41,722 nucleotides of DNA from Macrostomum lignano (lineage: Eukaryota), in the NCBI GenBank assembly GCA_002269645.1, contig NIVC01004571.1:1-41722 (forward strand), given 5' to 3'. Of the stretch, positions 35,501 through 41,722 are shown in pieces (position 1 is the first letter of the stretch; the number at the start of each line of letters is the position of its first letter). The notes under the pieces are model-generated. The model was not told the DNA's origin. It saw only the letters and a list, made by a program, of their open reading frames with translations, and searched no databases. The translations under genes were made by a program, and so were the position numbers.

Positions 35501-36555
35501 CTTGTCATGTGGCAGGAGCATAATGAGTTTTACCTGACCACTGCCGCAGGCCTCGACTGTTCGACCATCACCTAGGCTGACCCGTTCAGGTCGTCCAAAC
35601 TGCTTATAGTTGACTAGTAGCTCTCTAGAGTATGTCATGTGGCAGGACGCTCCAGAGTCAATTATCCAGGTGGATATGTCAGAGCTGGTCTTCGCGGGCG
35701 ACACAAAGAATGTCTCGTTGCAGCTACTTTTAGGTCCGTAGTCATCAAGCGAGGTTTCAGCGATGTCCCGGGTCGCGGCACCATCGGCTGTTTTGGCGAC
35801 ATACCGTGCAGGTCCTTGGTCCTTGACGAACTTTTTCGCTCCTCCTGAACGACAGTCTCGGGCAAAGTGACCCATCTTTCCGCAATTAAAACATTTGATA
35901 GCACGACGTGGCAGACCTTGGCCTTTTTGGGTCTTCAGTGCAGACTCTCCACCCTGTGTACCACCAGACCCTCGCTCACTTAATTCACTCCGCTTTTGCT
36001 CCTCGTTGATGAGTGCTTGGTGAACCATCTGCAGTGTAAGATCATCACCGCGAGCTTCCAAGGCAGTAACCAAGGTAGAGTAGCTCTCAGGCAGGCTGCT
36101 GAGCAGCATGACCACTTGGTCCTCTTCACTGACGGGTGCGTTGATAGAGGCTAGTTTGTCGGTCAGCTCCTTCATATGGCGTATATGATCCTGTACGCGG
36201 GTCCCTTCACTCATCTGCAGCCGGAAAAGCTGTTTCTTCAAATAGATCTTATTCGCAGTTGATTCTCGTTCGAAGTGCTGTTGGAGAGCTTGCCACATAC
36301 GATGTGGATCTTCGCCACACGAAGTTATTAGATAGATTAACTCTTTCTTGATTGAAAGAACGATCACTGCAGCAGCTCTCTGTTGCTGCTCTCAAAATCG
36401 TTTTCTTGCTCCTGAGTGGCATCCTCTGCGAGAATTACAGAACCGTCGACGACTCCCCAGAGCTTCCTCGCTATAAGACAGAACTTGATCTGGATCTTCC
36501 AGGTAGTCCAGTTTCCGCTTCCCAGCTTGTCGACTTGAAACTTATCATCCGCCAT
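32597..36555 (-). CDS. Copia gag-pol polyprotein with one frameshift near 36390
   Basis: ATG 36555 MADDKFQVDKLGSGNWTTWK..., shifts at about 36389-36394 into the 1256-codon ORF. Zn knuckle CFNCGKMGHFARDC, protease WIIDSGASCHM, LWHQRLGH, integrase LIHSDICGP, RT YVDDL, RNase H YSDADWA. Confidence 0.93.
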
Positions 36556-36645
36556 TTCTTCGGAAAGTTCGTGTCGAGAACAAGCCTATTTTCCGTCTGA
36601 GCGAGGCTTCTGGATCAGCTACCACTTATGCGCAGTGGAAGCGTG

Positions 36646-36659
36646 CTGGGCCCATAACC
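36646..36659 (-). promoter_or_regulatory. Copia primer-binding site (initiator tRNA-Met half-molecule type)
   Basis: GGTTATGGGCCCAG directly after the 5' LTR; this is the internal tRNAi-Met-type PBS known from Drosophila copia, not a TGG/CCA-end PBS. Confidence 0.85.
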
Positions 36660-37017
36660 TGTTGGCTTTTCAAACGCAGTAGTGTAGCTGATCGAGTATA
36701 TTTCTTAGTCAACGAGCAAAAGGGGAAAGTTAAGAGAGGATGAAGCCAGAGGCTGATTTAATAGCTTTAGTTTTAGGCATAGACAAACTTATACAGTATC
36801 GTTCTAGAAAGTTCTAAGACTTGGGGAATCTAACGAGTTACTATAATTAGCATAGATACAATTTACATTACTTTTTCAACACTATGCTCCCTCAGTATCC
36901 TTGAATCTGCCTCTCCGCTCCCTCAGTATCCTTGAGTCTGCCTCTCCGCTCCATCAGTATCCTTGAGTCTGCCTCTCCGCTCCCTCAGTATCCTTGATTC
37001 TGCCTCTCCGCTCGAGC

Positions 37018-38367
37018 TCAACCCCAACGAAAAGCACTCTCCGGTATGATGACGCACCAGTAGACAACGTTGAACAGCGCAAACGCTGTCGGATAGGAGA
37101 AAAGAAAGATCAAATCCAGCTTTGCTGGTGTCAGGCGCCAAGTGTTTTTGCACATCATTCGTCTTCGCACCCTCATGAGCACAGGTATCGCAGCCGCCGA
37201 TCCGTTGTCTTCCACGCCTGCTGCTGCTGCTGCGGAAGTTGTCGGCCCAAGGAACTTGGTCTCAGCTTCTTTGTCTGATCTTCTCTGATCTGTACGCTCA
37301 TCGACAACAGCCCGCGGTGGTCGACGCTCTTGCCGACGCTTCAACAAATTGATAACCATGTACTCCAATAAGGACAGATGAATGAAAGCAATGCAACAAA
37401 TGTGCCAGATGCCAAGAGCAGTTATGTAGGAGACTGGCGGCAGTTTCCTCTCCATGGCAACGGTCTCGGTGAGCAGAGCCAGCAGGCTGAGTATCGACAG
37501 CGACACTCGGGCTGGCGCGGCGTTGTAATCAATTGCAAATGACGACCAGGTGATCAGAACGATAAATATAGACGGCAGGTAATCGTTGATTAGATAAGAC
37601 GACTGACGACGCTTCAAAGTGAAATCGGCGTGCAAGTAGCTGAAATTCCGGCCCGTGAGCAGGGAGAAGCTGGTGCCGGTGCTGTAGTTGCACAGCGGCG
37701 GATAGTACTGGTTGAGAAACGTGGCGATCTGGCTGAACATCACTTTGTCGACCGCGATGCCCGATGCGGTGTCCTCGCTAGCCCAGTGCAGCAGTAAATC
37801 GTCGTTGCTCATACCGAAGCTAGTCATCTTCATGGGGCACGTTTGCACGTCGAATGGAAAATCTTTTAGATCCATTGGACAGTGCAGACGCAGCTGCAGC
37901 TTCTGGCTGAACAGCAGAGTGCCGTTCGGCCACAGCCACAGAAGGAAGTTGCTCGACGGCAAGTCGTGCCGCTGAATGCTTTTAGCGTTCTGAAAGAACA
38001 CGTCGGGCCGCCAGACTCTTTCCAAGAGCTGACTCAGCACTATTCGATCGTTGTGACCTTGGAAGGCCAGCCGACTGTCAATCCATCGCAGGTGCAGAAC
38101 GATCTCGGCCGAGAAGTCCATCCTCATCACGTTGATTGGCCCGAAGCTGTCGATATGGTAGCAGGCGTAGACGTCCGTAGCTCCGCCGTCGGATGGTACC
38201 GGACGAAAGTGTCGATCGTAGCGCTCGGGTTCGACCAAATCGTGCGTGAAAGATGTCATGCTTTGATTGGATTGTTTCACTAGTGAATGAGTCCGCTCAC
38301 TGCCGACCGTTATTCCTAGCAAGAGGGTTGCCAAAGCAACCATGTTCCCGAAGGTGTTTTGGCGCAT
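37018..38367 (-). CDS. Intronless Cys-loop ligand-gated ion channel subunit, anion-type (GluCl/glycine receptor-like, divergent)
   Basis: Hydrophobic N-terminus, YDRHFRP, WRPDVFFQNAK, Cys loop CPMDLKDFPFDVQTC, TM1 YLINDYLPSIFIVL, PAR motif before TM2, TM3, TM4 LDLIFLFSYPTAFALFNVVYW. First ATG at 38367 (38391 is TTG; 38343 is an alternative). Confidence 0.92.
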   Translation of the reverse strand: MRQNTFGNMVALATLLLGITVGSERTHSLVKQSNQSMTSFTHDLVEPERYDRHFRPVPSDGGATDVYACYHIDSFGPINVMRMDFSAEIVLHLRWIDSRLAFQGHNDRIVLSQLLERVWRPDVFFQNAKSIQRHDLPSSNFLLWLWPNGTLLFSQKLQLRLHCPMDLKDFPFDVQTCPMKMTSFGMSNDDLLLHWASEDTASGIAVDKVMFSQIATFLNQYYPPLCNYSTGTSFSLLTGRNFSYLHADFTLKRRQSSYLINDYLPSIFIVLITWSSFAIDYNAAPARVSLSILSLLALLTETVAMERKLPPVSYITALGIWHICCIAFIHLSLLEYMVINLLKRRQERRPPRAVVDERTDQRRSDKEAETKFLGPTTSAAAAAGVEDNGSAAAIPVLMRVRRRMMCKNTWRLTPAKLDLIFLFSYPTAFALFNVVYWCVIIPESAFRWG

Positions 38368-39256
38368 GTTGTTGATAACAAATTTCCTCAATTATTTAAT
38401 TCGTTTAGTTAAACTTTGCTTCTCTAATAGCTCTTATAGTTTTGGGGCGTTATATGTCTTTCGAATGATAAAATTGGCTTTTATATGCATATAGCAGCTA
38501 GGCCACATTCAGGACTAGCATTAGTTCGCTATAGTTTAAAGCGATTGGAAGAGTCGCGAGAGAGGGGAGGAGAGACACATACTGAGAGCTATGGTTGAAC
38601 GAGAAAAATTGTGCATGGTGCCAATTGTGTGAGCTGTGTTGAGCACTATATGGGAAGCCAGTTATGGTGCTGCTTCCCTTTAGCAGCATAAAATACAACT
38701 TTGTGGAAAAATTTTTTGCATATATTGAAGTGCAGCTCTTAGCAGTGCAGCTCTCTTATAAAGCTAAACGCTTCTCTGTGTGTGGCGTATTCATTTTTTC
38801 AAATTTATACTATTGTATTACGAGTATTATATACGGCTTACTCATTCTGGGACACTGCCTTGGTGTAATGCACTGTATAGACCACCTAGCATTTGCCCAA
38901 AATAAAGCACCATATAGGGGTAGTATAATTACCATAGCCAAGTTTAAACTAACGCTGTCAATTATTATCATATTACGTAGTAATATATCTACATGGATAA
39001 GCATTTTGCTATATACTGGTGTTAAAGCTGTTACAGTTTTAAATGAATTGATTTTATTGATTCACTTTATTAGATTGGCACTCAGCTGTGAATGCATAAC
39101 TGTATGGAATAAGGCAGGATCATGCTTCCTGACCAAGAAATAAACTTGAGTTTGATGTTTAAAAAATCGAGTTTCTCGTAAAAGCAAAATCTTTATTCTT
39201 TTGTAAGCAAACTGAAGGTAGAAAGCAGGGGACAAAATCTTAAATTTAAAGAAAAA

Positions 39257-40035
39257 AATCAATCAATCAATCAATCAATTAGTCAGTCAGTCAGTCAGTC
39301 AGTCAGTCAGTCAGTCAGTCAGTCAGTCAGTCAGTCAGTCAGTCAGTCAGTCAGTCAGTCAGTCAGTCAGTCAGTCAGTCAGTCAGTCAGTCAGTCAGTC
39401 AGTCAGTCAGTCAGTCAGTCAGTCAGTCAGTCAGTCAGTCAGTCAGTCAGTCAGTCAGTCAGTCAGTCAGTCAGTCAGTCAGTCAGTCAGTCAGTCAGTC
39501 AGTCAGTCAGTCAGTCAGTCAGTCAGTCAGTCAGTCAGTCAGTCAGTCAGTCAGTCAGTCAGTCAGTCAGTCAGTCAGTCAGTCAGTCAGTCAGTCAGTC
39601 AGTCAGTCAGTCAGTCAGTCAGTCAGTCAGTCAGTCAGTCAGTCAGTCAGTCAGTCAGTCAGTCAGTCAGTCAGTCAGTCAGTCAGTCAGTCAGTCAGTC
39701 AGTCAGTCAGTCAGTCAGTCAGTCAGTCAGTCAGTCAGTCAGTCAGTCAGTCAGTCAGTCAGTCAGTCAGTCAGTCAGTCAGTCAGTCAGTCAGTCAGTC
39801 AGTCAGTCAGTCAGTCAGTCAGTCAGTCAGTCAGTCAGTCAGTCAGTCAGTCAGTCAGTCAGTCAGTCAGTCAGTCAGTCAGTCAGTCAGTCAGTCAGTC
39901 AGTCAGTCAGTCAGTCAGTCAGTCAGTCAGTCAGTCAGTCAGTCAGTCAGTCAGTCAGTCAGTCAGTCAGTCAGTCAGTCAGTCAGTCAGTCAGTCAGTC
40001 AGTCAGTCAGTCAGTCAGTCAGTCAGTCAGTCAGT
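39257..40035. repeat. Compound microsatellite: short (AATC)n then uninterrupted (AGTC)n of about 755 bp
   Basis: (AATC) about 5 times at 39257-39278; AGTC repeats from 39281 to 40035 (about 188 units). Confidence 0.97.
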
Positions 40036-41722
40036 TTGTTGAACTTGATTTTCACGCCTCGTGAGGGAATTGAGTACGTCGCTCATCTCCGGCAAGAGCA
40101 TCGGCCAGGTGCCAACGGAGCCGCCGCAGCGCGCGGCGCAACCAAGCTGGCGACTCACAGGGGACGACGGAGTCAGGAGGCTTCCAAAGCGGCGCCGGCA
40201 GCCCTTAAATGCGCGGCGCAAAGAGCTCCGCGCCAATGCTCGTCGGACTCACCAGGACTCGCGGCCTGCCAAGCCGGAGCCTCAACGGCCAGTGCTTTCA
40301 CCCAACTCGGCCCCCGCATGCACGCACTATAGCAGAGCCAAGAAGGAGACAAGTCGGCCGCATCTTCAAAACCAGATTCGGGTCGCCACCTTCAATGCCC
40401 GCATTCACAGTCAGACATGGAGACTGCAGGAGCTGACAAGCCTGGCGGCCGGCCTCAACATCTTTATCCTGGCAGTTCAAGAACATCGGCGGCAGAACTC
40501 TGATGAGACTGTGGATCTAGGCCTAAGCTGGCAATTCAAGGCTGCCTCAGCCACCTCACCCGCTCTGGGCCGACCTGAGAAACCCGGACACGCGCAGGCC
40601 TTCCTACGCAGCTGCTCCTGCTCCAGCCAGGTCCTTCGAGTCTTTCCATCACGCCGTCGAGGATGCTGCAGCACGTCTCCCCACAGAGACAGGCAAACCA
40701 TCCAAAGGCCCTGTGGGACCTCATTATCTCTCAGGCAAGGCGGCATGTGCAGAGCACTGCTGCACTCCACAGCCATGACAGCGACCAAGCCAGTGCTGCC
40801 AGGGACGAGCAATTGCCGCGCATTTACGCCCAGCGGACTGAATGAAGTCTTCATCGAAGAGGCTGTGAGTAAAATCTAACTCGCCACTGACAACTGCCGC
40901 CATAGTGCTGCCTGGAGAGCCATCAACCAGCTGACTGGTAGGAAGCCCAGGCCAACACCATCGTCGGCGCTGATTTCACCGCAAGGCCCTGCTGGCCACC
41001 CACTACCGCGAGGTGCTCAACGCGTTTGCTTCAACTGCACCTCTTCTGCGAATCCCCTCAAGCATCAGCAACAAGGCTGCCTCAGCTCCTCAGCAATGGC
41101 GCACCTTCAAGATTGTATCCGTCCGGAAGAAAGGCGCCTCCACCCCAGACAATCCCTGCCTGGCCTCAATCCGCTGCTGCTGAGCCTCCAAAGCGGCTTC
41201 CGCCCGGGCAGGTCCACTACCGAGCAGGTTGCCACCATCCGCTCTGTCATCGAGGCCTGCAAGACCCGCCAGCGCTCCGTGTCAATCATCTTCGTCGACT
41301 TTCGCAAGGCGTTTGACTCGGTGTCCAGGCCTGCGATCGCGTGGCTTCTATCTCATTGTGGCGTACCTGCTGCTCTGGTGAGCGCGGTGATGGACATCTA
41401 CCGCGACTCCAGGGTTTTTGTCAGTCGAGCGACGGCCCCACAGAAGAGTTCGGCACCAGCTCAGGCGTCCTTCAGGGCGACATGCTCTTCCTCGTGGTTG
41501 TGGACTACGTGCTTCGTCGGTCCCTCCACGAGGATGACAGCCACTTGCTGGTCTCACGCCGATGCTCCAGACACCCTGCTGTTTCGCTCCCCGCTCTCGC
41601 GTATGCTCAAGACATTGCGCTGCCCTGCCGCGATCCAGCTGCTGCCCAGCGTGCTCTCACAAGGCTTTACGATGAGGGCGCCCGTGTTGGGCTGCTGGTG
41701 AATGCTCGCAAGACGGAGGCGT
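40036..41722 (+). mobile_element. Decayed RTE-like non-LTR retrotransposon with internal deletions, running off the window
   Basis: APE motifs IRVATFNAR and LAVQEHR; linker WRAINQLTGRKP; RT LQSGFRPGRSTTEQV, IFVDFRKAFDSV, LAYAQDIAL (YADD box altered), VGLLVNARKTE. Confidence 0.87.

Larger units (their letters stand above)
32278..36881 (-). mobile_element. Full-length Ty1/Copia LTR retrotransposon, 4604 bp
   Basis: 222-bp LTRs TG...CA at 32278-32499 and 36660-36881 with one mismatch; 5-bp TSD CTATG (32273-32277, 36882-36886); PBS and PPT present; PR-IN-RT-RH domain order. Confidence 0.97.
31868..37011. repeat. 31-bp minisatellite split by the Copia element (31868-32277 and 36882-37011)
   Basis: Unit CTCCGCTCCCTCAGTATCCTTGA(G/A)TCTGCCT; CAGTATCC recurs at 31881, 31912, 31943; about 13 + 4 copies. 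Confidence 0.93.

Overview
Eukaryotic (metazoan, invertebrate-like) genomic window with GC-rich exons and AT-rich, repeat-laden non-coding DNA. A flatworm such as Macrostomum is plausible from the sequence style, but that is inference only. Two host genes lie on the minus strand. (1) A six-exon cytoplasmic poly(A)-binding protein (PABPC1-type, reconstructed 727 aa, all GT-AG junctions in frame, CDS 23209->1397). (2) An intronless, divergent anion-type Cys-loop ligand-gated ion channel (37018-38367). PABP introns 2-5 are each filled by a different minisatellite. The 16.3-kb intron 1 is a nested transposon stack: a small hairpin MITE is split by a 10.8-kb Foldback/NOF-like MULE whose inverted arms are 186-bp satellite arrays, and that element is split by a 5.9-kb hAT element (8-bp TSD). 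The same intron also holds a MITE of that hAT family and a 5'-truncated RNase H-bearing LINE. The most unusual object is the hAT element: upstream of, and in splice-frame with, its TTF-zinc-finger/DDE transposase it encodes a signal peptide plus a lamin-tail (LTD)-like module, which is unexpected cargo for a DNA transposon. The rest of the window holds two decayed RTE-like LINEs, a non-autonomous hAT, a Harbinger-type MITE, an orphan CCAAT/TATA promoter-like block, a young Ty1/Copia element (LTRs 221/222 identical, one frameshift) inserted in a 31-bp minisatellite just behind the channel gene, and a 755-bp (AGTC)n tract. Family assignments come from motif recognition by eye; no database searches were run.
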